Source of the DNA: Octopus vulgaris
Lineage: Eukaryota
Direction: 5' to 3'
DNA: 64,000 nt
Assembly: GCA_951406725.2 (NCBI GenBank)
Contig: OX597824.1
Location: 72,292,001 to 72,356,000, forward strand
This document shows positions 1 to 12,631 of this stretch, piece by piece; within the stretch, counting starts at the first letter, position 1, and each line of letters opens with the position of its first letter. The notes beneath the pieces were generated by a model, which was not told where the DNA came from, did no database searches, and was given only the letters and a program-made list of their open reading frames with translations. A program made the position numbers and the translations under genes.

Positions 1-103
1 ACATTTGTATGTGTGTCTGTTTGTTTGTGTGTGTTGAGTGTACACACAAATTGTATATATAGACATATTACACACACACACAGACATGCACACACACACA
101 AAC

Positions 104-158
<55 letters not shown>

Positions 159-1085
159 TACATATGTACAGTGTTATATACAAATACATAGGCACTCACA
201 TTCATGAGTGTATATTTTTGTATATGCTGTGTGTGTGTGTTTATCTATGTCTGAGTGTATACTCACAAATATATTACACAATGCATACACATAGACATGC
301 CGCAACCATTTTTTTCTTTTTATGATTTCAAACATGCACACACAAAATTTAATCCTTTTGTTAATTTCATACAAATTTGCTTCCATACACACACACACAC
401 ACAAATTAAAAATAAAGGTACTGCTTAAATCTGTGATAGTAACCTAATATATTTGATAAAGCAATGTAAAGGTACTAAACTTGTACAGCAACACACCTTG
501 ATCAGTAAGCTTTACTTCAAAAATAACCCACACCTGAAGGTGCACAATCTGTCTAATCACTCACTAATCAATAACTGATTTTATCGAACAAAGCTGCTGT
601 ATGTTCTCTTTTATGTTTCCAATAAATGTTTCCTATAGATTCTGAGTTGGTTATTGTTGGTTATTATTTTTTAGACTATAAATTTATATATACTATCCGC
701 ATGTGTACACATTCTTGCACATATACTCTCTTTCTCTCTCTCTGCCTCTTACATGCATAGGTACACATATACGTACATATATGCGTACATGCATGCTTAC
801 ATTCACATAGTATATAGGGAGATAGAGAGAACATGGGACAACGACTGCATGTACATACATGTATGTGTAGATGGTATCACATAGATGTATGTACATACAG
901 AGGTGTAGTCATCATCATTGTTGTCATCCTCATCATCATTTTTTACATTCATTTTTCTCTTGCTGGCATGAGTTGGATGAAACTTGACACAGCATCCTAC
1001 AACTGGCTACCTTTCCTGATGCCAAATCTTATTTTCAAGTTAAGTACTTACTTCCCTGGTCGTTTGTGGGATGAGCCATTCAACA

Positions 1086-1207
1086 ACTGCACATGTTTTT
1101 ATGAGAGGCATAAGATATAATACCACTATTTAACCTTTAGCATACTGCATATGTTTTTATGAGAGGCATAACATATAATACTACTATTTAACCTTTAGCA
1201 CACTGCA
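1086..1207 (+). repeat. 58-bp tandem duplication
   Basis: actgca(c/t)atgtttttatgagaggcataa..aacctttagca at 1086 and 1144. Confidence 0.9.
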
Positions 1208-1780
1208 TTTTTTCTAGAATTGTTTCCCCTGTCACTGCCCTGTGACTACATACAGGGGAGACAATTCATACAATGACATGATGCACTTACAGTATGCTAA
1301 AGTTTAAACAGTTGACATTGTTTTACACTCAGTCACCTAAGCAGTATCAAGGTACATATGGAAAGACATATATACTCACACATACTTGCTCATACATTTA
1401 CTTGTACACACACACACCCACACATAGACAATGGATTCTATCTGCCAGTTTCACTCCTGAGGCTGTAGTAGATAACACTTGCCCAAGGTGCATGCTGTGT
1501 GAACGAATCCAAAGCCATATGGTTGCAAAGCAGGCTACTTAATCACACAGCCATGCTTGTTTCCACACCACACATGTATACATTTGTATTGTGTTCACTT
1601 GTATACATCTATGTGTTTGTGTCTGTATGCGTGCATCAGCATTATTGTAATGCTCACTTTTCCATGCTTGCATGGGCCTCATACAGTTTATTGAAGCAAA
1701 TTTTCTAAGGCCTTGGGTACCTTCAGCAGAGTCCAATCTGTTATGAGATTTTTGGGTCAGGTCTCCAATTCACATATACA

Positions 1781-1811
<31 letters not shown>

Positions 1812-2064
1812 TTTCTTTCTCTTTCTCTTTCTCTCTCACTCTCTCAAGAATAATGAAAAAGAGTAATAAAAAAGACTGTCAGATATATAGTACTGTGAGT
1901 GCCAAAATGGCAGTGTGGTTAAGAAGTTCATTTTGCAAGCATGTAGTTCCAGGTTCAATTCCAGTGCTTGCCACCATGGGCAAGTATCTTTCATTCTAGT
2001 CTTGTGTTGAAATATAGTAAAGAGAAACTGTGTGAAAGCATGTCAAATCACTTTATCTCCCTCT

Positions 2065-2095
<31 letters not shown>

Positions 2096-2313
2096 ATATG
2101 GAGTAGGGGCTAGGGAAAACAAGACAAAATACCATACAGGATGCTGAGTTATATCATCTTATTAAGATTCATCCATCATGAAATCAGTGAAATAAGTCAT
2201 GGAGTCAATATAATCAACTAGAACCCTTGAAGGTGATACCCCAGCATAGCTTTTCAATCTTAAGTCTGAAACCATTGGAACAGGATATATATGTGTGCAC
2301 AGGAATGTGTGTA

Positions 2314-2357
<44 letters not shown>

Positions 2358-2570
2358 AATGAACAAAGGAAGGTATACTAAATAACATACAATGTAGATT
2401 CTTGATTTTTTTAAAAACTATCTTCATTTTGAGAGAAGGTAAACAAACACCTAGTAGAAACTGCAACTTACTCTGAGTTATAAGGGGAGATAACTTCAAG
2501 CCAGCAGCAATTCTTTGAATTAACATGAAAGAAAAGACATTGGGTTATTTTCTGGAGACAAGAAGACATC

Positions 2571-2609
2571 TGTGAACATGTTTCTGCCTCAATGGGCATC
2601 ATCAGCACA
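2571..2609 (-). ncRNA. Minimal type-I hammerhead ribozyme (PLE-type)
   Basis: Minus strand reads TGTG-CTGATGA-TGCC-cattga-GGCA-GAAAC-AT-GTT-CACA: intact core, stem II, palindromic stem III (AACATGTT) and stem I. Confidence 0.65.
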
Positions 2610-3011
2610 CCATTACCCAACTACACACACACACATACACACAAAAATTAGAGATCATTTATGGTTTGGAGTAATTCACATAATTAAGACTTTAATGAAG
2701 TATAAGATTGTCCAATGAGATAATCTTCAGTAATGCTACAGTATTAAGAAAGATTTTAATTAATTCTCTTCTATGAAGATATTTCTAGAAATTTTGTTTT
2801 TTAATGTTATACTTCTTACTTGCTATTTCCAGAGTTCTGAAAATTACTTAGCAAGATGGTTTCTGACTATGTTCCCAGCTTTGATCACCAAAGAATTTTA
2901 TGTCTTAGTATATGATTCTTAAAGCCTTAGACATATAAATACATCATCAGTGGTTCATATATCTAAGAACGAAGCACAATCTAAAGCATTAGAGAAGTAA
3001 TGTATTTTTTT

Positions 3012-3290
3012 AAGAAGTTAAGATATGGCTAGTCATACAGTGACCGTTGGTTTGCACCTATAAAGTGCTTAGCAGTATTGGTGACTCATTAGACTCAAGT
3101 GGCTGAATGTGCAGAATCTCTCTAGAGTGACCATTGGTTTCACACGTATAAGTAAAGCAAGACCTCTCTCAAGAGAGGTTATGCGCCTTCAGCTAGTTGA
3201 GTCTGACAAGTTACCTATTTGCTGCTAAGCACTTTATGGGTGTGAACCCAATGGTCACTCTATGACCGGCCATAACTTTTGACTTTCTAA
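3012..3290. repeat. Fold-back element with ~115-bp arms
   Basis: ataaagtgcttagcag / ctgctaagcactttat and agactcaa / ttgagtct; extra arm segment in the loop. Confidence 0.8.
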
Positions 3291-5194
3291 ATTATATGTA
3301 CATATTCAAAGAATTAAAAAGAAACAAAAATAAGGATAAACAGTTCCTTTAGTTTTTTGGGACTTCATCGAGAGGTTCATCGTATTCACTAAAAAAAATA
3401 TGAACAAAAGGACTTGGTTAAAATTTTCTTGCTTGTAATAAATTTAATTTGATTTCATACTAAAGAAATATATTTTATTTATTTTTACTTCTAACTTCTG
3501 AGGTCTTTCTTCATTAACCAATTTTTTGAAAAATTTTTTAAAAACTTAACAAGATGATGAACAATCTGTGGAGCATCTTGGATGTAGTATGTGTTTTTCT
3601 TTCTTTATAGTGGGCATGTGCACATATATATTGTTCTGTCTTCCATCATACAGTGCTTATGCCAGTGTGTGTGTGTGTGTGTAAAAAATGCAAAATAATC
3701 TCCCATATTCACCTTTTTTGTATGCAAAAATACGAGAGGTTTTTTGCCACATGCTGTATTTTGTGTGTGTGTATATATATGTATATATATACATACACAT
3801 TTAATCAATGATCAGGAAATAAAATACTCAATACAAGATATGGAGACAAATACATACATACAGGCACACACATAGATTTATGTGTATGTGTGCGTTTATA
3901 TATGTATATATATATATATGTATAAATGGTGGGGGATTCTTTTAGTTTCCATCTACCAAATTTGCTCACATGGCTTTGGTTGGCCCAGGGCTATAGTAGA
4001 AGACACTTGCCCAAGGTAGGTGCCACACAGTGGGACTGAACCTGGAACCATGTGGCTGGGAAGCAAACTTCTTATCACACAGCTCTTCCATAAATATATA
4101 TATTTGTTCAAACCTGTTGTTTGATTACATCACCACTCCAAGTTTCTTGCCACATGTGCAGCAAAAAGGTGATTTTGTTACATGTGGTAAAAAATCTTTA
4201 ATAAAGACAGTGATCTTCAGCTTTGAATGAATGAATTAATAAACTCTTACAACCTGTATTGAGTACTTTTTCTTCTGGATGTTTACCTAAATATAAGTGT
4301 TACTGAATGCAATTATATAAAAATAACCAGCACTTGCTCGTTTCGTTTTAACATAACTTCCTTTGTGCTTCTGGAAAATTTATATGAGGGTTTTCTAACA
4401 TCATGTTTCATGTGTATATATGTGTTTGTGTGTTTGAATGTGTATGTATGTCTGATGATACATACAGTATGTGTATAGCCGTGTTTATCTTACACTCGCT
4501 CATAGATTCGGTGCTGTAAATTCATGTGTTATTCACACTCAGTTTATGCACGTTATTTTTTGCTGTCGGCATGGGTTCGATGGTTCTGCAAATTCACATA
4601 TTTTACGCAGGGACTTACTGATGTGCTTCATTGAAAGGTCTGGTCTGCATTGTGGTTGCTCACATCAAGCTTTGGTATGGCAACTGCTTGTTCCATGTGA
4701 TGGACTTCTGTTCTTGTACAAATTTTACATGTCAACAACAACAGCATGAATAACATTGGTGTTAACTGCCAACTATCTCTGACACTGTTACCAATGCCTC
4801 TAAATTTCCACGGTTAGCTCTGTAGCCACACTAACAGCATTATTATCATTACTAATACCTCTATAACTACTACTTCCAACCATGCATCCATCAGCATCAC
4901 CATTGCTCTCATTCCTACTGTGACCATTACCACCTCTGCTCATTACTACACTGCCAAGCTTGTATCCACCACCATGACTTCGTCCACACCTTCTGGCCAC
5001 CATCCTCATCATCATCATCACAACCTGCACTACTATCTCAACTGTCACACCAATACTGCATCATTGTCGCCAAGACCACATCATCATCATCGTCTAGTTA
5101 TGGCTACATAAAGCTGATTTAAAATTTTTTTAAATTTTCATTAATCCAAAAATAGTATTAAACATTACCATACCAATTTGAAACAAAATAAATT

Positions 5195-5645
5195 TGATAA
5201 TCCTTTATCCAAAATCTGAAAGCTTCTAAAATTCGAAATTTTTTCTAGCAAAATTGCACCAGAAAATTCTTGGAAAGTTCTCTTAAAATCTAAACCAAGT
5301 TAAATGTGTTATCTCTCTGTTAAAGATGTTTTATAGTTATTTTTGTAATGATATCTAAAATTTAGTATATTTTTGTGTGCTTTGATGCCTCTTCATGCAA
5401 TATGCAATATTTGGTGTGATCACAATAAATTTTGACAGCACTTAACTAGGCCAACATGAAGTTACATAAAACTACATTTAAAGTTTATGTGTTAAAATAT
5501 ATTATGAAACATAAATGGATGACATTTTAAAATTTGGGTCTAGTTATCCCATTTTACAAATATTAAAATACACAACCTTTCTGAAATTTGATATAAAAAA
5601 TTCAAAATCCAAAACACTTGACTCAAAGAATTTAGATAAAGATTT
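5195..5645. mobile_element. Old pogo/Tigger-like MITE remnant
   Basis: atcctttatccaaaat ... atttagataaagat inverted ends; resembles Tigger-derived MITEs as recalled. Confidence 0.4.
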
Positions 5646-5868
5646 ATGTTCTTATATTCTCTACTAGCATTCCCACTGAGTGGCTATATTTCTCTTTACT
5701 CTCTAAAATTCCTCAATGTAATGCCATAAATGTCAAATATTTATTTCTACATTGCAAAACTTAGTAACTAATTCTTTCACATATTTTGCTATAGATATAT
5801 ATGTATGTGATACATATATGTGCACATACACACATATCTAACATGAATGCTGTTTTCCTTTTTTTATA

Positions 5869-6101
5869 CAGGATTGGCCAAAAGTCACCTAACAGTAAAC
5901 CAATACCATTTAATTCCAAGATTTATCTATCTTTAACAAATGAACGAATTTGGTAAAAGCATCGAAATATGAAATATCACGAAAATTGTTCAAACTGAAA
6001 TCCTTCTTCAGCTACACATTTTTCCATTTGAGTCAATATAGAATTACAGATAGTATTTATGGAATTTTGATTTACTGTTGGGTGACTTTTGGCCAACCCT
6101 G
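5869..6101. mobile_element. Tc1/mariner-type MITE
   Basis: About 31-bp TIRs CAGG(A/G)TTGGCCAAAAGTCACC(T/C)AACAGTAAA, flanked by TA. Confidence 0.85.
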
Positions 6102-6635
6102 TATATATATGCATATATAAAAAATTGAATGCTATATATACATACATATGTATATATGATGATGATGATGAATGCCGTTTTTTTTTCCAGTATTGTTTTA
6201 TATTTGTTATGTTGTTTTTTTTATTTTCAACTAATCAAAGTAATGCATGGGTGGATAGGCAAGCATGTTTGAAATATTCACCTCCCCCACCACTGCACAC
6301 TTCAAGAGTTATATAAATGTATTTATATTTAATATCAAAACAGGCGTTTCTAACTAGGTTTGTGTGTTTTAAATTGTACATAATTATGGTTGTTGGTCGT
6401 AGATTTGATGGAGATGCAAATTTAAACATTTAAAATAATTTGTTGTTTGATGTTAAATGTATTTCAGATTTACTCATACTTGGGTGCTCTCACACACACA
6501 CACCCTTGGGGTTTACAAATGAGTGTACACAATACATGCAATAGCTATTGATTCATTCTGTTGCCTCTCATTTCTTTGCCATTTGCAATTAATCAAGTGT
6601 TGTGAAAAGGTATATATATATATATATATATATAA

Positions 6636-6946
6636 TTATTATTGAGTGAGAGAGCAGTGCATGCCATCAAAGTGACACGGGGGTAAAATATCCGAATCCC
6701 AGTATACCCATCATGATCACCCATCTGATAAGGGTACACAAGGTACATGCATCACAACCATATGTGCGCAACATGGTGATCTCATATCAAGATAAACAGC
6801 ACATGACCTCGCAGGTGGGGCCCAGTTAGAATTTTCTTCTGGTCAAGTAGCCCATCCCGCTCAAAAGGTCCCTGAATAAGGGTTGTTTAAGGATGTTGAA
6901 TGAAACACCCATGTTTCCAGAGGTGAATTATTCAAACCCCAAAGAA
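6636..6946 (-). mobile_element. Probable retroposon 3' fragment between microsatellites
   Basis: GC-richer block with an AAT-type tail on the minus strand; single copy in this window. Confidence 0.4.
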
Positions 6947-6985
6947 TAATAATAATGATGATGATAATAATAATAATAATAATCA

Positions 6986-7020
<35 letters not shown>

Positions 7021-7022
<2 letters not shown>

Positions 7023-7970
7023 GGCGGCAAGCCAGTAGAATCGGTAGCATACCGAACAAATGCTTAGTGGCATTTCATCCATTTTTACATTCTGGGCTCA
7101 AATTTTGCCAAGGTTGACTTTGCCTTTCAACCTTTTAAGGTTGATAGAATAAATACCAGGTGAGCGCTGGGGTCAATGTAATTGACTTCCCCTTCTCCTC
7201 AAAAATTTCTGGCCCTTTGCCAAAATTTGAAACTATTATTAGTATTATTCATTAAGGTGGCAAACTGGTAGAATCATTAACATACCTGACAAAAGCTCAG
7301 TGGAGTTTTTTCCAGTTCTACATTCTGAGTTCCAATTCTGCCTAGGTCAACTTTACCTTTCGTCCTTTTGGGGGTCAATAAAATAAATGCCATTTGAACA
7401 CTGGGGTCAATGTAACCGACTTAACCACTCCCTGGATTTGCTGGCCTTGTGCCAAAATTTGAAACTATTATTATTACTATTATTATTAAAGAATGTGGTG
7501 AGCTGGCAGACTTGTTAGAGTGTTGTAAAAAGTCTTTTGCAGTATTTGTTCCAGTTCTATACATTTTGAGTTCAATCCCACTGAGACCAACTTTGCCTGT
7601 CAGATATTTATTCTAGGTCATTATACCCTTGGTTCAAATCCCGCCAAGGTCAATTTTGCCTTTCATCCTTCTAGAGTTGGTAAAATAAAGTCATCAACTA
7701 ACAGAATCCATTCAAAATTACTTTTTTTTGTGCTTAAATTAGAAACAACTATTATTTTATAATGCCTCTCTGCTATTTAGTTATTAATATCAGAAGTAAA
7801 AGGCAGTCAGCTGGCTGATTTGTCCATGTTTCCATAAGTCTTCCAAGGTCAACCTTACCTTTCATCCTTTCAGGGTCAATTAAATAAGAATCAGTTGAGC
7901 ATTAGTGTCCCTGTAATGGACCTACGGCCCACCACTACTACTCCTTCTCATTTGCTGGCCTTGAAACCAA
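7021..7970 (+). mobile_element. Head-to-tail cluster of about 5 decayed SINE family A copies
   Basis: Repeated ggcggcaagctggcagaa..gttcaaat..gactttgcctttcatcctt motifs with (ATT)n linkers. Confidence 0.75.
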
Positions 7971-9379
7971 TATCATCAGAAGTATGCAAATGGAATGACA
8001 GAAATGGTGAAGTGCTGGATTAAACACTATACAATATTTAGTTATACATAGTCCAAGTATTGAATCCACTAACTTTTATGATTGTAAACCCATCAAACCC
8101 ACATTCCAACAGCTCTTGTCCTTGCACAACTTACTTCCCAAAGAACCTGATGTTTTGTACCCACACCCTCTTACATGCTTGCCTACCCTCCTGCTAAATT
8201 TATACTTTTATTCACCCCATCTCACTGTGTTTTCTCTAAAATTTGCTTTGTTGCTTGTTTCTTCAACATATATATATATTGTTTCCATGGTAATCCTTAT
8301 GTTTTTCTTTTTTTTTTATCCTAATCATTTGAGTTAACGTCGAAATAGTAACAAAATATAAGAAATATATTATTTTTTTGTAATTAAATTAATTGCAGTT
8401 TTATCCTGAAACAATTCTTTGCTGTAAACAACAACAACAGCAACAATAGTTCTAGTGTTTTGATATTAAAATCATTTCATTAGTTTGCAGTGCTTAGTTT
8501 AGTTTCTCATAACAGTACAGTTCAGAGAAGAAAAAAAAGGCGTTTACTTTGTAGTCTTGTCAAAAGTATTACATCAAGATTTCCAGGTCTTGAGTTCAAA
8601 TCTCACCAAGGTTGACTCCACTAATTGTATTTGTAAGACTGATAAAATAAAGTGCTAATATAGTACTGGGGTTGTTTTAGTAGACCAACACTCTTCCTTC
8701 AAATGTGTGGTTTTTGTATCTCTGTCAGAAATTACATCACATAATGAGGAAGCCTGTTGTGGTGCACCACTGCCCTAGTATCTAATCAAGAAGAGTGTAA
8801 AGCAGTGGGGGAGAGATCATATGAGAGATTGAATAGAAGGAACTTTAACAGAGAAGTAGAGGTGTACACTGTTCGCTTTCCAGACATTTGTACATTACTG
8901 CCTATACTTTGTACGCACTTTTTGACAAGTTGTGGTGCACCTGAGCACTGTATACAATAATTGGAAATTGGTCAACTAGATGGATGATGGAAATTTTGTA
9001 TGTACAAAGAGGTGGAAGAATGCATAGTAGTTGGAAGCATGGTAACAGAATAATCAAATTGAAGCCTGTTTATATGCATGTGTGTGTTTTATGTACCCTT
9101 GTTTTGACATCACTATACAAGCAATACTGTTCATTTGCAGTCATCTGTGAAAAACATCTGACCTTGGGGAAACATTACTTTACTTGGAAATCGGTGGGGG
9201 TTTGCAACAGGAAGGTCATCCAGCCATAGAAAATGTGGCTCAGCAACTTCCATCTGACCCATACAAAACATGGAAAAGTGGACATTAAAACAATGAAGAA
9301 AATAATGACTCCTATTATTTGGCATTTTGGCTGGGTGTGGGGGATACATTTTCAAAGTCAGTCCTTCTGTTGTTGCTGT

Positions 9380-9717
9380 TTGTTTGTTTGTTGAGCGAAG
9401 CGGTCTTCGTCCTAGAAGTCCAAAATGTGGTCCTTTGCTATTTGTAAGACCTGCAGAAGAGAAAGCAGGTCAACCCCTGACACCGATAGCATCAACGGAT
9501 GGATGAATGCGCATCCAGGCTCAGTGGTTGCATAGGAAGTCGGGGACAAGAAACAGGAAGAAAGAGTGAGAGAAAGTTGGAGTGAAAGAGTAAAACAGGG
9601 GTCGCCACCACCCCCTGCCGGAGCCTCGTGGAGCTTTAGGTATTTTCGCTCAATAAACACACACAACGCCCGGTCTGGGAATCGAAACCGCGATCCTCCG
9701 ACCATGAGTCCGCTGCC
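9380..9717 (-). mobile_element. SINE family D with a different 3' tail and (AAAC)n end
   Basis: Head and body match 25201; the 3' half differs. Confidence 0.8.
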
Positions 9718-10151
9718 GTAATGTTGTTGCTGTTTAACCACAGGACAGTCCCAATCCTGCTGAGCTACATATGATAAAGGCTTTCCAGCCATGATAATTC
9801 CTTCTTTATTCAGACGTAATGTACACAGCGCTCAGGTGCACTTGTGTTTAGTATTATTAAATTATCTAACGAGCCCTTTACGAAAAGGATAGTAAAATAC
9901 GATTTGAAGGAGATTTTGCCCTTAATTTCAGTAGGTTGAGTGAGCAAATAGACATCCCCCACATTGTGTTATTGTTGTTGTTGTTGTTTAACTTTAGGCA
10001 ACCTCTGATAGACTAGAACTGTGATCAAAGGCACTACAGTCACAATCATCCCAATTTTTATTTTGACATGTAGGACTACTTTATCTGTTATTGAATTCAG
10101 GGTAACTTAGCTGCTATTTCTAGCACGTCGAGTGATCATGAAGAAGCACCC

Positions 10152-10379
10152 TTAACCACTTAATTACCATTTTTCTGCTGAAATACATTGCCTTTGTTTC
10201 AATAAATTTTGAAGAATTTAGTAAAATAACTTTGTCGCTTTTACTAATTTGGTGTATGAAACATAAATAAATAAGCATAAAATTCTGACAGAAGGTTTTA
10301 AATTAGATCATTTTAAAATAGGAAGTTTATATGGAGAACCAAACAGTGGTCTCCATCAGGTTAGCATCAAACGAGTTAA
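10152..10379. mobile_element. Diverged piggyBac-type MITE family 1, opposite orientation
   Basis: TTAA ends; gaagaatttagtaaaataac is the reverse complement of the family core. Confidence 0.55.
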
Positions 10380-10575
10380 TCAAACATTTCGAATTATAGA
10401 CTTACTTCTCTGCTTTCATTTGGGTTTAATGTCAAAAACTTAGGACTACCATTTTTTAAAAATTTTATTTGTCCAAAACAAAAAAGACATTTAATATATA
10501 TACACTTGTGTGTGTAAGTTGTTTAAGACTCCATAAGTCAGGACAAAATGTACTCTCATATGCCAACAAAGTGGG

Positions 10576-10852
10576 TATATTATCCAAAACGTACAGTATT
10601 ATATATCCATTACAGCCAATTTTATCAATCAGTTTCACACAAGGGATTCAACAGAGTGTTAGATAACAGTCTGACTATGTAACTGAATGAAATATGGTGG
10701 TCACCATATTTCATTCCATATCAGCTATCTCTGATGAGCACAGTGTTACATAATCGGATTGTTACTTGACACACCATTGAATCCTTAGCATGAAACCGAT
10801 TGGTAAGATCAGCCAAAAAAGATATATAATACTGTACACTTTGGATAATATA
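10576..10852. repeat. Fold-back element centred on a perfect 15-bp palindrome (10685-10716)
   Basis: gaatgaaatatggtg-gt-caccatatttcattc; diverged arms extend about 110 bp further. Confidence 0.85.
10724..10813 (+). ncRNA. Degenerate hammerhead motif in the right arm of a fold-back element
   Basis: ATCT-CTGATGA ... GAAAC-CGATTG-GTA-AGAT. Stems I and III and a GUA site are present; the base of stem II pairs poorly. Confidence 0.4.
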
Positions 10853-11629
10853 TATATATATATATGTACATATATACATATACACACACACACATATATC
10901 CATACATACACATGAAAATGAAATTATGTATATATATAGTTATATGAAAATGAAATAAAATACGATAATTTGTCTGAACCAATCTCATATTGTAATTATT
11001 TTCAGCCGGTTTAAAATTCAGCAAAGTATGATGATAGATACAGCATGCCAGATCATCAACCGATGACAGGGTTACCATAATATAAAGACAAGGTGCTGTT
11101 CAGTAGACCAGTGGATCACGCATTGCACACACCCCCGTTTCCCCCTTTACATGTCTTCTGGTTCCTTGTTTTATCTCAGGGTTAACTGTCCAACAATTCA
11201 GCTGTTCAGATCATTCAGTTGGTCATTCGAGTAATCGGTCAGTTATGCTACTGCCGTGAGATGATTTTCATTGCTTTATTTTTCTTTTGCTTTATGTTTC
11301 TTTCCCTTTTTTTTTTTTGCCACCGACATTTTTTTTTACTTGTTTCTTTGTCCCGTCATTCTTCATGTGTTGTCGCTTTCATCCATTTCTTTTATATAAA
11401 TACTTCCTCCTTCTCTTCCTCCTCTCTTTCTCTCTCTCTTTGGTGTTTCATTCCACAGGTAACAATTCCAGCCATTTGCATGCGGTCACACTGTTATTGT
11501 TGCACCAACGTGCAGCATTGTCTTGTCAGAATGTTGTCTTAACACGTCTCTATTACATTTGCTTGCATGCATGTGCAAACACGCACACACGCGTATGCAG
11601 ACAGACACATAAAGATAAGGTTACTAATA

Positions 11630-11650
11630 AATTATGTATGTATTTATGCG

Positions 11651-11685
<35 letters not shown>

Positions 11686-11920
11686 ATGTCGGTGTTATAT
11701 GTGTATGTATATATATGTGTATATATGTGTATGCGTGTACATGTGTATACGTGTACATACATGTATGTGCATGTATATGTGTGTATATATATATATGTGT
11801 ATATATATGGTTGTGTGTATATATGTATGTATATGTATATATGTATGTATATATGTGTATATGTATGTATATATATATATATATGTGTGTATATATATAT
11901 ATATATGTGTGTATATGTAT

Positions 11921-11953
<33 letters not shown>

Positions 11954-11965
11954 GGTATGTATGTA
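11630..11965. repeat. Degenerate TA/TG microsatellite
   Basis: Direct reading; similar tracts at 12427-12770, 59260-59430, 59940-60800, 61935-62535 and 63720-63970. Confidence 0.95.
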
Positions 11966-12152
11966 CAGGGTGTTCCACAAGTCATGCACCATTCTGGTTT
12001 TCACTAAAATTAATTGACGCAGTTTATTTAAATTTTTTTCAAATTTTATTTTATTCAATTTAATTTCTATCAATTGTTATGGTCAATTTCAATAAAGTGT
12101 TTGTGAATTCAATAAAGGTGTATTTTTTTAAAAAGCAGGATGGTGCATGATA
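11966..12152. mobile_element. Older, truncated copy of the 25592 MITE family
   Basis: CAGGGTGTTCCACAAGTCATGCACCATTCTGGTTTTC start; partial right TIR. Confidence 0.65.
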
Positions 12153-12267
12153 TGTATATATATATATATATATATCTGTGTGTATCTATATAGGTTAATA
12201 AATTTTTACAAATTTCACTACCAGTGGCCAAACATGTATAGAAAGTCAATAGACGACATATTTTTCA

Positions 12268-12429
12268 ATATAAAATAGTGTACATTTAAACACAAAGAGA
12301 AATTACCTTTAACAGTCACTTTCTACATAATTGAAACGGTTTTTCGGTCGTTTTGACTGTCCCCTAGCGTGTAGAAATTGCCTGTTATGGGTAATTTCTC
12401 CTTGTGTTTAAATGTACACTATTTTATAT
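12268..12429. repeat. Hairpin with ~60-bp arms
   Basis: atataaaatagtgtacatttaaacacaa / ttgtgtttaaatgtacactattttatat. Confidence 0.85.
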
Positions 12430-12579
12430 ATGTGTGTGTGTGTGGATATGTATATGTGTGTGTGTGGATATGTATGTGTGTGTGTGGATATATATATATG
12501 TCTGTGTGTGTGTATATATATGTATATATCTATGTGTATATGGATATGCGTCTGTGTATATGGATATGGATATATGTCG

Positions 12580-12631
<52 letters not shown>

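Noticed and set aside
1907-1921. miR-34-like tggcagtgtggtta (and miR-133-like tttggtccccttc near 33510)
   Set aside because: Partial matches inside SINE B copies, without precursor hairpins.
4630-4650. RNase P/MRP CR-I-like GAAAGGTCTG
   Set aside because: No matching CR-V/P4 partner found downstream.
6330-6460. Additional hammerhead on the minus strand (GAAACGCCTGT with atcaaa/tttgat stem)
   Set aside because: The CUGANGA segment is missing or too degenerate to call.
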